A DNA stretch of 64,000 bases from Negativicutes bacterium (GCA_963665275.2 CAXXIN010000003.1:128001-192000); one strand, 5' to 3'; counted from the first letter of the stretch, positions 51,097 through 61,730 are shown. The notes: generated by a model from the sequence alone, not told the origin. Numbers and translations: made by a program.

Positions 51097-51981
51097 TCAA
51101 ATGACCATTTTGGTGTCCAGCGCATCACGGACTCCGTCACCGATGAAATTGATACTCAACACAGTGATGACCAATGCAATACCCGGCGGAACCCATAGCC
51201 ACGGACGCTGAGATAAAACACTGATCGATTGGGCATCATACAGGATATTGCCCCACGATGCCTGCGGGGCCTGCACTCCCATTCCTAGAAAACTCAAGGC
51301 GGATTCGGTGATGATCGCCTGCGCGGCACGGAACGTAAATGCGATGAGAACCGGCGCAAAAGTATTGGGCAGGATATATTTGAGCAAAATACTCCCGTTT
51401 TTTGTGCCGATCGCACGAGCTGCTTCAACATAATCCATCGAACTGGCGGAAAGCACATTCCCGTAAATCAATCGTGCGAACCTCGGCCAGCCCAATATGC
51501 CGATCACAAGGATGATCGTAATAACCGAAGGACCCAGCACTGATACCAGCACCATAATCAGAATCATGGCAGGAAACGACATGAAGGTGTCTGCACTGCG
51601 CATGATCAACGTTTCCCAGAAACCTCGGTAGTACCCGGCGATCAGCCCCAACGGCACGCCTACCAACATGCTGATGATGGCCGACAAAATCCCCACGCTC
51701 AAAGAAACGCGTCCGCCGTAGATGAACCGAGCGAAGATGTCACGCCCGATATCATCGGTTCCCAAAATGTGCTTGCCGGAAGGTGGGGAGCCGAACAGGA
51801 CGTCGTAATCGGTGGTGCTTTGATCCAAATTCATCAGTATCGGCAAAAATACCACCAGAAATATTTCTGCTATGAGCACCAACAAGCCTATCATGGCAGG
51901 TTTATGCTGCGAAAAACGCTGGCAGACATCTGAAAAATAAGAATTGACAGGAATATCCACTTTTTCATTTTTTTCAAACAT
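51097..51981 (-). CDS. Peptide ABC permease (OppC-like)
   Basis: HILGTDDIGRD, DYVEAARAIG, LSFLGMG, GDGVRDALD. Confidence 0.9.
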   Translation of the reverse strand: MFEKNEKVDIPVNSYFSDVCQRFSQHKPAMIGLLVLIAEIFLVVFLPILMNLDQSTTDYDVLFGSPPSGKHILGTDDIGRDIFARFIYGGRVSLSVGILSAIISMLVGVPLGLIAGYYRGFWETLIMRSADTFMSFPAMILIMVLVSVLGPSVITIILVIGILGWPRFARLIYGNVLSASSMDYVEAARAIGTKNGSILLKYILPNTFAPVLIAFTFRAAQAIITESALSFLGMGVQAPQASWGNILYDAQSISVLSQRPWLWVPPGIALVITVLSINFIGDGVRDALDTKMVI

Positions 51982-52040
51982 GTACAGCCAACCTTTCTGT
52001 TTTCATTGGTTTGGGGTGTTCAGCGAAAAGTCGTCCTCAT

Positions 52041-53000
52041 TCATTCGTATGTTATGCGCGGGTCAAGCATGCCGTAAAGCAGGTCCACCAATAAATTACC
52101 GATTAGAACAAACACGGCGATCAGCACGGATACTCCCATGATTACCGGGTAGTCGCGGGCGTTTATCGATTGCACCATCAAACTGCCCAAGCCGGGCCAC
52201 CCGAAAATTTGTTCCGTAACCACGGCGCCTCCAATCAGGAACGGAAGTTGCGTGCTAAACCATGATACTAGGGGAATCCAGGCATTTCTCAAAGCGTGCC
52301 GGATCAGCACATCCTTTTCGCGCAATCCCTTGGCCCTAGCTGTACGCACGTAATCATCCTGCAGCACCTCCAACATGGATCCCCTGCATTGCCGTATCAG
52401 GCTTCCAATCATCTGGATGGCCAATACGAAGGATGGAAGAACCAAATGGTGTAGAAACATAGGCAGGGTACGCGCGCCGGATGTGTCATACATCCCAGAT
52501 GTAGGAAATATTCTCAGCTCGATGCAAAACAGATAGATCAATACGAGCCCGGCGAAAAAATTCGGCATCGCCGAGCCTACAAAGGATAACCCGGAAGAAA
52601 CGTAATCCCACTTGGTATAGGGCTTATATGCCGCCATAATGCCTAACGGCAACGAAATAACGATAGTGATCAACATGGCTGAGCCGGTAAGGATCAATGT
52701 GGGTAAAACTCTTTGGCCGATCATCATCATCACCGGAAGGTTAGTTCGAATCGAGGTTCCCATATTGCCTTGCAGGAGCTGCGTCAACCAGTGGAAATAT
52801 TGAATGATAACCGGCTGATCCAACCCCAACTCTTTGCTTTTGCGCGCCATTTCCTCCGCAGTGGCATAGGGGTCGTTAAAAAGGATTTCCAGGGGTGAAC
52901 TGGGTGTCAACGAAGCCAATATATATACAAGAACAGTGATACCGAGGAAAGTCGGTATCGCAGTCAAAAGGCGTTTTATAACAAATGTATATTTGTTCAT
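52041..53000 (-). CDS. Peptide ABC permease (OppB-like)
   Basis: DDYVRTARAKG, HALRNA, RDYPVI, LDPRI. Confidence 0.9.
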   Translation of the reverse strand: MNKYTFVIKRLLTAIPTFLGITVLVYILASLTPSSPLEILFNDPYATAEEMARKSKELGLDQPVIIQYFHWLTQLLQGNMGTSIRTNLPVMMMIGQRVLPTLILTGSAMLITIVISLPLGIMAAYKPYTKWDYVSSGLSFVGSAMPNFFAGLVLIYLFCIELRIFPTSGMYDTSGARTLPMFLHHLVLPSFVLAIQMIGSLIRQCRGSMLEVLQDDYVRTARAKGLREKDVLIRHALRNAWIPLVSWFSTQLPFLIGGAVVTEQIFGWPGLGSLMVQSINARDYPVIMGVSVLIAVFVLIGNLLVDLLYGMLDPRITYE

Positions 53001-53049
53001 CTTTTCCTCCATCCTAGTGAACTAGACGAAGAGTGTTTTTAGTTCCCTT

Positions 53050-54016
53050 TCAAATCCTGTTTGCCGCTTTTACAACGCTGTTAATGCGGCGGTAGTCAAT
53101 CTCCGTGGGTAGAGTGCAGTCCGAACCGATTATAAAACGTTTTCCATTCATCTCCGATAAAACCTTCTGCGTATGCCGGTCAATATCTTCCTCAGAGCCG
53201 TCTACCAGTACCCCCCGCCCTATCCTGAAATCCGCCGAGCACAATACTGTCAGAAAACAAGTCTGCTCCTTCAGTTAGGCTGAACTTATTTCCGTAAACA
53301 CTCCAGTTTACAATAGACGGCTTGAGCGCTTGGTACCGTTCAAAAGAAATGTTGCTTTTGCAGATATGCAAAATATCAAAGCGGGTTTTTTCCTTGATAT
53401 GTCGGTAAATTTCCGCTTCAAACGGAGCCACGAATTCCGCATACTCATCCTCGGTGAAGAAGTGCCGCTCCCCTCCCAAAGCCGCGTAAAAAATGCCTTC
53501 AGCGCCTGCTTCCAATGAGCAGTCCACCATTTCGATCAAGGTATCGGCAACCACGCGGAAAGCTTTTTTCATCTCAAGTGGCCGTTCCCGACAGAACAGC
53601 GCCAAACAATAACCCATACTGGTATAATTTCCGGCGAAACCCGTCTCATGGAACATGGAAGCCACCAGTCCATGAATCGTGCTGACAATGGGGTACTCAT
53701 CCCTTGATTTGTCGGCAATTCGTTTGATTATATCCATTTGATCCAGGAAGAGGCGATCCGTGCGACAAAACCCGCGAAATTTCTTAATGTCATCCAGACA
53801 GCGAATCTGCGTCTCCCCATCATACAGTATATTCTCGTTCATGATCTTCAAAACATCCGTATCCGTGTTTTTCATAAAATCAATATGAGCCGTGATTGCA
53901 CTTTCGCCATGGTGCATACTGTCAGGAAAATGCAACCAGAACCCTACCGGTGTGCGATCAACGGGTTTTCCCTCGATCAAACTGAAAATGCGTTCTCTTT
54001 TTGTCATGGATTGCAT
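53050..54016 (-). CDS. Uroporphyrinogen decarboxylase (UroD)-superfamily protein, frameshift at a C/G run near 53211-53220
   Basis: MTKRERI...VDRTPVGFWLHF, LEAGAEGIFY, ILHIC, VLGG, then in another frame FIIGSDCTLP. Confidence 0.75.
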
Positions 54017-54135
54017 GGCAACCTCCTTATTTTCCTTTGGATGACGCAGCGCCATTTATTTAATCATATTAGTAATCATATTAATAATATATTACTTTCG
54101 GCACACTTTGTCCATATATTTCACAAAAACCAAAT

Positions 54136-54186
54136 CAGGTCCTGCTTCCGCGCGAACAACTCGTCTCGTACGAAAACAGGACCTGC
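54136..54186. terminator. Hairpin downstream of the MFS gene
   Basis: caggtcctg...caggacctg inverted repeat. Confidence 0.5.
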
Positions 54187-54209
54187 TTCTATATCAACTA
54201 CTAATTTTT

Positions 54210-55568
54210 TTATGAGTTACTGTCCGGCGTCAGGTGCTGCCGTTCGGCAACTTCCTTTTTCTCGCGGTAAACGATATAGACCGCTGCCAGGCTGGCCAGG
54301 ACGCAGCAGAGTATGCCCAAATACCAAATGCCGTTGTATTCCGTATAAAAGGGCCCACCTTTGATGGCGAACTTCACAGCCATGAATCCGCTTAACGATA
54401 GCGAGGCCGCGCCAATAAACTGCCCGACCATATTAATGATCCCCATGCTGAAACCCGCAGTTCGAATCGACCAGATTTCGGCGGCGGAGGCATTCACCAG
54501 ACCATTAATATTAAGAATGACCCCGCTGAAGAAAGCGAGCGCTACAAGCCACTTAGCTGAAGGTACCACTGTGGAGAACAAGAAAAGTATCCCCGTTGTC
54601 AGCACAAGGCCGGTTAAAAGCGCAACACTACGCGGCATACCGAACTTTTTAAGCAAATGATCGGATAGCTTGCCAATGATGGGCGAACCCACCGTTCTAC
54701 CGACCACCCAAATGGTAGACATCGCTCCGCCTGCCACCATGGCGGCTTCTTTAGTCATCCCTTCGAAATGCATGTAATAATCGGCGGCAAATACCGGGAA
54801 CCAGCCTACGATGAGACGGTTGGCAATAATGTAACCGGACCACACAAGAGCTAACAGCCAGAGAGCCGGATCTCTGATGATTTCATGGGCCCGCGCCTTA
54901 TAATCGGCATCCTGCTTCTTGTCTTCCGCCGCCTCAATCGAAGGCAACCCCAATTCGGAAGGGTCAGACCTGAACATAAAGTGGATAACAATAGCAATCG
55001 CCACGATCATGATTCCCATGAGAATGGTTGAGCCTCTCCAACTCGCCATTTTGCCAAACAGTTCGGTGTTCGAAATGATTAACGCGAGATAGGGGATCAG
55101 GAAGAAGGCAAAAGCTTCGCCCAGTCCGCCGCCCAACCCGTGGTTGGTTTCCACGGCCAAGCCACGCTCTTTTTTCGCAAACCACTTGGAGAGGATCGAG
55201 GTAATCGGCACATAGCCCGCGGCTGATACAAAACCCATCAAAGCTCGCCAAATCAGGGTTTCGGTAAATGTACTGCTAAATGCGAATCCGACGAGAAACA
55301 GGCCGACCAAGCCGGTGCCGAGGGGAATGACCCGCCGTCCGCCAAACTTATCCGCCGCAATTCCCATGGGAACTTGCGCCAACGAATAAGCGTAGAAGAA
55401 GGCGGAACCGAGTAGCCCCAGCTCCGGTTTTCCAATCCCGAGATCGCCTGACAAATACTTCGAAATGCTGGTGTAATTCCAACGGACCAAGGTACTCGTG
55501 CAATAGGTCAAAATGCAAGCAGCCAAGATTATCCAACGATAATTTCTTTTAATAAACGATTGGTTCAT
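54210..55568 (-). CDS. MFS transporter (anion-transporter-like, OPA/ACS group)
   Basis: YRWIIL, AFFYAYSLAQVPMGIAADKFGGR, KWFAKKERG; about 12 hydrophobic segments. Confidence 0.85.
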   Translation of the reverse strand: MNQSFIKRNYRWIILAACILTYCTSTLVRWNYTSISKYLSGDLGIGKPELGLLGSAFFYAYSLAQVPMGIAADKFGGRRVIPLGTGLVGLFLVGFAFSSTFTETLIWRALMGFVSAAGYVPITSILSKWFAKKERGLAVETNHGLGGGLGEAFAFFLIPYLALIISNTELFGKMASWRGSTILMGIMIVAIAIVIHFMFRSDPSELGLPSIEAAEDKKQDADYKARAHEIIRDPALWLLALVWSGYIIANRLIVGWFPVFAADYYMHFEGMTKEAAMVAGGAMSTIWVVGRTVGSPIIGKLSDHLLKKFGMPRSVALLTGLVLTTGILFLFSTVVPSAKWLVALAFFSGVILNINGLVNASAAEIWSIRTAGFSMGIINMVGQFIGAASLSLSGFMAVKFAIKGGPFYTEYNGIWYLGILCCVLASLAAVYIVYREKKEVAERQHLTPDSNS

Positions 55569-55645
55569 TTTCTCTCACCCTTTCCCTAATTATAATCGGT
55601 AAGCCTTCCATTGGAAAACACTGTGCATTTGTCAGCTTGGTATCA

Positions 55646-55656
55646 TTGTCAGACAA
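55646..55656. promoter_or_regulatory. FadR-type operator TTGTCnGACAA upstream of the MFS gene
   Basis: ttgtcagacaa; same motif at 62466 and 63291. Confidence 0.65.
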
Positions 55657-55682
55657 ATACCATCAAAAAAATTAACGGTCTG

Positions 55683-57104
55683 CTATGGCAAATGAATGGA
55701 TTTGTTATTGACTGCGTGAGCAGCTTCAAACAAGCTCTCCGCAAACGTAGGATGAGCATGAATCGTTGCCGTCAATTCTTCGACGGTGGCTTCGAGGCGC
55801 ATGGCCAGAGCCGCTTCGGCGATGATGTCGGTCGCTCTTTCACCGATAATATGAACGCCGAGAATTTCACCAGTCTCTTCTTCGGTCACAACTTTTGCCA
55901 ACCCCTGTGTTTTTTCAAGCGCCACTGCTTTGCCGAGAGCAGCAAAAGGAAACTTGCCTACCTTTACACGATAACCTTTTTCGCCGGCTTCCTTTTCAGT
56001 TAAGCCAACTCCGGCAACTTCAGGATTACTGAAAATGCACCCCGGCACGACTTTATAATCCATTTTGCTCTTGCCGCCCAGCGCATTTTCGGCGGCAACC
56101 ACACCTTCCGCAGAGGCACTATGCGCAAGCAGCATGCCGCCAGCTGCGACATCGCCAATGGCATAGACCCCTTTCACGTTGGTCTCCATTCGTTCATCGA
56201 CGATGATCCCCCTACGGCTGGTCTGAATGCCTATGCCCGCCAAATTAAGGTCTTCGATATTGGGGCTTCTGCCTGCCGCCATCAAAACCTGTTCCGTCTC
56301 CAGTTTTATGGGCCCTTGAGCAGTTGTTACTTCAACAATCAAACCGTTTTTTTGTGCTTTGATCGCTTCAATCTTGGCGCTTTTATAGATTTTAATGCCT
56401 TTTTTTTGCATTGCCGTTTCCAAAACGGCAACAATTTCACTATCCATTTGCGGCAATATCTGCGGCATCATTTCGATGATCGTAACTTCCGCTCCCAAGT
56501 TGCGATAAATGAAAGCGAATTCTACGCCAACGGCGCCGCCGCCGAGAATCAGGATATTTTGGGGTACTTTTTCCATGTTGAGTGCCCGATCACTGTTGAT
56601 CACAGATGGGTGATCGCTTCCCGGGATTGGCAATGCCGCCGCTCTGGAGCCTGTTGCCACAATAATATTCTTGGCCTTTTGGCGGATCAAGCCTTCTTTG
56701 GTTTGAATTTCAATCGTTTGCGCATCGACGAATCGACCTTTGCCGCTTACCAATTGAATTTTGTTTTTCTTAACTAGATAATTTACGCCACCAACCAATT
56801 GCTCAACCACACGGTTTTTGTATTTCATGAGTTGCGCCAAATCCAGTCCGTTATATTGAAGTTTAATGCCCACTTTCGCCGCCGCCTCTGCCATGTCAGC
56901 ATACTCGCTGCTATGGAGCAAGGTTTTGGTCGGAATACAACCCCGGTTCAGACAGGTTCCGCCGAGTTTATCCTGTTCCACGAGAACCACCGCGGCGCCT
57001 AACTGTGCGGCGCGTATTGCGGCGACATAGCCCCCGGGTCCTCCCCCCAACACCAGCACATCGGCTGTTGCGGCGCCGGATTTCCCTTCATATGATTGGC
57101 TCAT
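55683..57104 (-). CDS. lpdA: Dihydrolipoamide dehydrogenase (E3)
   Basis: GGGPGGY, GGTCLNRGCIPTK, GGGAVGVE, HAHPT..E. Confidence 0.95.
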   Translation of the reverse strand: MSQSYEGKSGAATADVLVLGGGPGGYVAAIRAAQLGAAVVLVEQDKLGGTCLNRGCIPTKTLLHSSEYADMAEAAAKVGIKLQYNGLDLAQLMKYKNRVVEQLVGGVNYLVKKNKIQLVSGKGRFVDAQTIEIQTKEGLIRQKAKNIIVATGSRAAALPIPGSDHPSVINSDRALNMEKVPQNILILGGGAVGVEFAFIYRNLGAEVTIIEMMPQILPQMDSEIVAVLETAMQKKGIKIYKSAKIEAIKAQKNGLIVEVTTAQGPIKLETEQVLMAAGRSPNIEDLNLAGIGIQTSRRGIIVDERMETNVKGVYAIGDVAAGGMLLAHSASAEGVVAAENALGGKSKMDYKVVPGCIFSNPEVAGVGLTEKEAGEKGYRVKVGKFPFAALGKAVALEKTQGLAKVVTEEETGEILGVHIIGERATDIIAEAALAMRLEATVEELTATIHAHPTFAESLFEAAHAVNNKSIHLP

Positions 57105-57127
57105 AGTTTCTCCTCCATTATAGTGGT

Positions 57128-58105
57128 CTACTTTCCAAACATTTCTCTGGCGGTTTGGACGATACGCTGTTCGCTCGGAATATAGAAATCTTCCAGCGTC
57201 GGACTGAAAGGAACCGGTGTGTCCTGGGCGCCCACGCGCTCGATCGGAGCATCCAGATACCCGAACGCTTCCTTGCTGACGACAGCCGCAATCTCGCCAC
57301 CGATACCGCCGATCATCGGCGCCTCATGGGTTATCAGCAGTCGGCTTGTTTTGATCACCGATTTCACAATCGTTTGGGTATCCAATGGCTTGATGGAACG
57401 CAAATCCACTACTTCCGCATCAATTCCGAGTTTCGTCAATTCTTCCGCCGCCCGCAACGATTTGTTCACCATCGCCCCGCAGGATACGATTGTGAGGTCT
57501 TTGCCTTCACGCCTGATCGCCGCTTTACCAATAGGTATCACAAAATCTTCTTCCGGTACTTCATCACGCACTCCGTACAATAATTTATGCTCCAGGAAAA
57601 TTACCGGATTCGGTTCACGGATCGCGGCCTTCAGCAAGCCCTTCGCATCGGCGGCTGTAGCAGGCATCAGCACTTTTATGCCGGGAACGTTGGTAAACCA
57701 AGCTTCCAAATTCTGCGAATGGTGCATGCCGGAGCGACTTCCTGCACCGAAGGGCGCTCTGATCACCAGGGGAACCGACATGTCGCCATCATACGCATAG
57801 CACATTTTGGCGGCGTTATTCACGAGTTGATCGGCAGCAATCGGCAAAAAGTCCGAGAACATCAGTTCAACCACCGGTTTCATACCCATCATTGCTGCAC
57901 CGATTGCAGCCCCGGTAATCGCCGCCTCGGAAATAGGAGTGTCAATGACCCGGTCCGAGCCGAATTTATCCCAAATGCCGGCAGTCACTTGCAATGTTCC
58001 ACCATAACTCCCGATATCTTCACCAATCAAAATTACGTCGGCATCGACTGCCATTTCTTCCATCAAAGCTTCCCGGATCGCTTCCCGCATGGTTATTTTT
58101 TTCAT
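57128..58105 (-). CDS. 2-oxoacid/acetoin dehydrogenase E1 beta subunit
   Basis: GEDIG, DTPISE, HHSQ, DAKGLL, EHK.LY, LDAPIERV. Confidence 0.9.
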   Translation of the reverse strand: MKKITMREAIREALMEEMAVDADVILIGEDIGSYGGTLQVTAGIWDKFGSDRVIDTPISEAAITGAAIGAAMMGMKPVVELMFSDFLPIAADQLVNNAAKMCYAYDGDMSVPLVIRAPFGAGSRSGMHHSQNLEAWFTNVPGIKVLMPATAADAKGLLKAAIREPNPVIFLEHKLLYGVRDEVPEEDFVIPIGKAAIRREGKDLTIVSCGAMVNKSLRAAEELTKLGIDAEVVDLRSIKPLDTQTIVKSVIKTSRLLITHEAPMIGGIGGEIAAVVSKEAFGYLDAPIERVGAQDTPVPFSPTLEDFYIPSEQRIVQTAREMFGK

Positions 58106-58106
58106 T

Positions 58107-59087
58107 TTACATCACATCCTTTTCGGTAGCATAAGTATGTAAAAGAGCTTCTTCGGCTGGTGGGTACGGCGAATCTTCCGCAAACTTAATGGCATCCTTC
58201 ACTTCTTCCTTGACGCTCTCATCAAGTGCATCCAGTTCTTCTTCCGTGGCAATTCCTTGGGACAGCAGATATTCCCGATAGTGTTTGACCGGGCAACGGG
58301 CTTTCCATGCCTCAATTTCCTCTTTCGGTCGATCATCGCGCGGGTCGCGCTCGGAATGGCCTCTCCAGCGATAGGTCTTGCATTCCAAAAGTGTTGGTCC
58401 TTCTCCTTTTCTGGCCCGGTCGTAAGCTTTTTGCGATTCATTGTAGACAGCCAGCACATCATTGCCGTCCACCACAACCCCCGGCATGCCGTATGCCGCC
58501 GCTCGGTCGGCAATATCTTTGATTGCCACATGATACGAAGCGGGCGTCGAAATCGCATACAAGTTGTTCTCGCAAACGAACACAACCGGTAATTTCCAGA
58601 TCGCGGCCAAGTTCAGCGCTTCATGAAAATCACCCCGATTGGTCGCTCCGTCACCAAAGAACACCACCGAAACATAGTCTTTTTTTCGTAGCTTGGCTGC
58701 CAGCGCCGTGCCGACGCCGAGCGGAATATGTCCGCCGACGATTCCCGAACCGGCGATCACGCCTTTTTTCCTGTCGCCCAGATGATGCGAAGTATTTTTC
58801 CCGCGCCCGGAACCGGTGACTTTAGCAAACGCACCCGCCATCATTTGCCGAGATGAAATGCCTTTGACCATGAAAGCGCCGCGTGTGCGCAGCGACGGCA
58901 GAATGAGATCATCTGCACGCAGGTTGTAGCACGCTCCAACCGAGATGGCCTCCTGACCGATGCTCACATGGGGAAGTTCCGTAAGCGGTGAGTGATGGTG
59001 ATATTCGACCATTCTTTCTTCCGTGTGCCGAGTTAAGAACAATAGACGATACATTTCCAAGTGATCTGCTTTGGCAAGTTTTTTCAT
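58107..59087 (-). CDS. 2-oxoacid/acetoin dehydrogenase E1 alpha subunit (atypical substrate-side residues)
   Basis: GQEA, TPP motif GDG...ENN, VDGNDV, TYRWRGHS. Confidence 0.9.
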   Translation of the reverse strand: MKKLAKADHLEMYRLLFLTRHTEERMVEYHHHSPLTELPHVSIGQEAISVGACYNLRADDLILPSLRTRGAFMVKGISSRQMMAGAFAKVTGSGRGKNTSHHLGDRKKGVIAGSGIVGGHIPLGVGTALAAKLRKKDYVSVVFFGDGATNRGDFHEALNLAAIWKLPVVFVCENNLYAISTPASYHVAIKDIADRAAAYGMPGVVVDGNDVLAVYNESQKAYDRARKGEGPTLLECKTYRWRGHSERDPRDDRPKEEIEAWKARCPVKHYREYLLSQGIATEEELDALDESVKEEVKDAIKFAEDSPYPPAEEALLHTYATEKDVM

Positions 59088-59119
59088 AACGTTCTTCACC
59101 TCTCCAATAATATGCTGGC

Positions 59120-59602
59120 TTATTTCGGTCGTGGCACCGGCAGTTCCAAATCGATTTCCGGGTCATATTCCCAGCTCATGCGAGCGCCCTCAATTTCGTT
59201 GAGTACGATATCCATAGTGGAATGAACCGGATTTCCCCCGGGGAAGAAGTGTCCCCCCCAAGTTCTGCCGCTTGGATCACAGAGCACTCCATGCAAATGG
59301 ACGACTGGTTTCGTCGGATTTTCCAAGCACACAACCCCTTGTCCCGACAAGAATTCCACTGGACCATCAACTCGCATCGGCGGTCGGCGTTCAGAGCCCC
59401 GTTTAGTTTTCGTGCTGGGAACCGCCCATGATAGCTCGGCCCAACGCAAACTGCCGATAGCGATTTGTATGGCCGCAGTTTCAATCCCACCCTGTCGGCA
59501 AGTTTCAATGATTCCCTCGATTAAATCCGTATCACGCATCAATCGAGCCATAATCATCTTACCGGGTTTCGCCTGCACCAGAGAAATCCTTGTCTGTTCC
59601 AT
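59120..59602 (-). CDS. DUF296/PPC-domain protein
   Basis: AIGSL, EFLSGQG, HLHGVL...GGH metal-binding motif. Confidence 0.85.
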   Translation of the reverse strand: MEQTRISLVQAKPGKMIMARLMRDTDLIEGIIETCRQGGIETAAIQIAIGSLRWAELSWAVPSTKTKRGSERRPPMRVDGPVEFLSGQGVVCLENPTKPVVHLHGVLCDPSGRTWGGHFFPGGNPVHSTMDIVLNEIEGARMSWEYDPEIDLELPVPRPK

Positions 59603-59617
59603 TTGCACACGCCTCCG

Positions 59618-60817
59618 TCATTTTGGTTTATTCATTACGATTTGCTCCGGGTTTTCCAGATAGGTCTTAATCTGCTTCAAGAACTTAACGGCCGGAGCCC
59701 CGTCAACAATGCGGTGATCATAGGTCAGGCACAAATACATCAAAGGCGCCGCAATGATCTCATCACCCCTGACAATCGGAGTTTTTGCGACTTTTCCCAT
59801 ACCCAGAATCGCGCATTGCGGATAATTGATGATGGGAGTGAACAGCAGCGACCCAAAAGTCCCGGAATTGGTGACGGTAAATGTTCCATCGGCAAAATCC
59901 GCCGGAGCCAGTTGCCCGTCCCGGCCTTTGTTCGCCAATACATCCATCTCTTCCGCAATGGTGACAACATTTTTCTTATCAGTATCCCGAATCACCGGCG
60001 TCATGAGTCCGGCATCCGTCGCTACCGCTACACAAACGTTAATTTGCTTTTTGATATGAATGTTTTCGCCCACCAGTGAAGAATTCAACATGGGATAATC
60101 CTGCAGAGCTTTTGCCGCCGCGCGAACCACAAAGGAAGTATAGGAAACCGGCAACACTTTGCGATACGCCGCGATTTTCGTCATGTCCACATCCATAACC
60201 GTGGTCACATCGGCGGCAGTTTTTTTGCTGAGTGACAGATGATCGGCGATACTTTTTCGTATGCCGCGTAGAGGGACCATTTCGACTTCAACTTCACTTT
60301 CAATCGCTGCAACAGGATCCGCCAACTTGATCGCTACTGCCTTTTCCGCTGCATTAGCAGCTTCAATATCGGCTTTAACAATCAATCCATCCGGGCCGCT
60401 GCCACTAAGGCGGCTGGCATCTACGCCATACTTCTTGGCCAAGTTTCGGGCCAAAGGCGAAATTTTTAGTTTGGTTGGTGTTTTCTCCGGTGAAGACTCA
60501 CTAACTTCCGCGTCTTGCACCGTTGCGGCCTGGGTATCGGCAGGTGCGCCATCAAGATAGGCGGAAATATCCTCATTCGCATCGGCGATCAAACAGATTG
60601 GCGAACCCACTTGCGCATAATCGCCCTCTCCCACCAGGATCTTGCGCAAGACACCTGTGGCCGGCGCCGAAATTTCCACGGTGACTTTATCCGTCTCCGT
60701 CTCCAGTAAAGGTTCGTCTTCGGTTACCTGTTCCCCCTCCTGCTTAAGCCATTTTACAATTTTTCCTTCAACCATGGTCATACTGATTTGCGTCATCCTA
60801 AAAACTGTTACAGCCAT
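59618..60817 (-). CDS. Dihydrolipoamide acyltransferase (E2)
   Basis: Lipoyl motif ETDKV, E3-binding SPLAR...GSGPDG, catalytic DHRIVDG. Confidence 0.92.
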   Translation of the reverse strand: MAVTVFRMTQISMTMVEGKIVKWLKQEGEQVTEDEPLLETETDKVTVEISAPATGVLRKILVGEGDYAQVGSPICLIADANEDISAYLDGAPADTQAATVQDAEVSESSPEKTPTKLKISPLARNLAKKYGVDASRLSGSGPDGLIVKADIEAANAAEKAVAIKLADPVAAIESEVEVEMVPLRGIRKSIADHLSLSKKTAADVTTVMDVDMTKIAAYRKVLPVSYTSFVVRAAAKALQDYPMLNSSLVGENIHIKKQINVCVAVATDAGLMTPVIRDTDKKNVVTIAEEMDVLANKGRDGQLAPADFADGTFTVTNSGTFGSLLFTPIINYPQCAILGMGKVAKTPIVRGDEIIAAPLMYLCLTYDHRIVDGAPAVKFLKQIKTYLENPEQIVMNKPK

Positions 60818-60878
60818 TTGTCATCCTCCCTTTTATCATTTGTACCACTGCCGAAGCAATGTTAAGTACCGCTGGTTA

Positions 60879-61730
60879 TTATGGGGCAAGCCTCATGCGG
60901 GCGTGGTAGGAACTCCTGATTAACGGCCCAGAAAAAGCATGGCGAAAGCCCATCTGCATTGCGACTTTTTCATATTCCGCAAACTTTTCCGGCGAGATAT
61001 ATTCCTGTACGGGATAGTGCTGCTGCGAAGGCGCCAGATATTGCCCGATGGTTACCATGTCGCATTTCACTTTTCGAAGATCAGCCAATACCCCCAGGAT
61101 TTCCTGTTCCTGCTCCCCCAAGCCCAGCATGATACCTGACTTGGTTAAAATATTGCCATCCAGTTCTTTACCCCGTTGCAACAATTCAAGTGAGCGCCGG
61201 TACTGCGCCATAGGCCGCACATTCGGATACAATCGGGGCACCGTCTCCAGATTATGATTAATAATTTCGGGTCTGGCGGCAACCACTGTCGTCAACGCCT
61301 CTTTGTTTCCTTGAAAATCCGGTATCAGAACTTCAACAGTGATTCCATTGCCCAGCGCCTGCAATTCCGCAATGGTCGCCGCGAATTGCGACGCTCCGCC
61401 ATCTGCCAAATCATCTCGGGTTACAGACGTTATCACAACATGCCGAAGTCTAAGTTCCTTGGCCGCAAACGCTACTTGCTGCGCTTCCTCTTCATCAACC
61501 GGCAACGGTTTTTCTTTCGTGACATTGCAAAACCTGCAGTTTCGCGTGCAGAATCTGCCCAAGATCATAAAGGTTGCCGTGCGCTGTCCGAAACACTCGA
61601 TCAGGTTGGGGCAATTACCTTCCTCACAAATGGTGTGAAGAGACAACTTACGCATAATCGTACGAACCTGGTCCATGTCGTTCTGCGCTTTCATACTTAC
61701 TTTGATCCAGTTTGGCCGGGGAATACCCAT
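60879..61730 (-). CDS. lipA: Lipoyl synthase
   Basis: [34 protein letters not shown]. Confidence 0.95.
   Translation of the reverse strand: MGIPRPNWIKVSMKAQNDMDQVRTIMRKLSLHTICEEGNCPNLIECFGQRTATFMILGRFCTRNCRFCNVTKEKPLPVDEEEAQQVAFAAKELRLRHVVITSVTRDDLADGGASQFAATIAELQALGNGITVEVLIPDFQGNKEALTTVVAARPEIINHNLETVPRLYPNVRPMAQYRRSLELLQRGKELDGNILTKSGIMLGLGEQEQEILGVLADLRKVKCDMVTIGQYLAPSQQHYPVQEYISPEKFAEYEKVAMQMGFRHAFSGPLIRSSYHARMRLAP

Noticed and set aside
53205-53225. Programmed frameshift or phase variation in the UroD-like gene
   Set aside because: The G/C run is short, with no slippery heptamer or stimulatory structure; a sequencing error or simple mutation is more likely.
61648-61730. 83-bp lipB/lipA overlap as a functional feature
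   Set aside because: The LipB tail is non-conserved-looking run-on past the usual end, most likely a lost stop codon.
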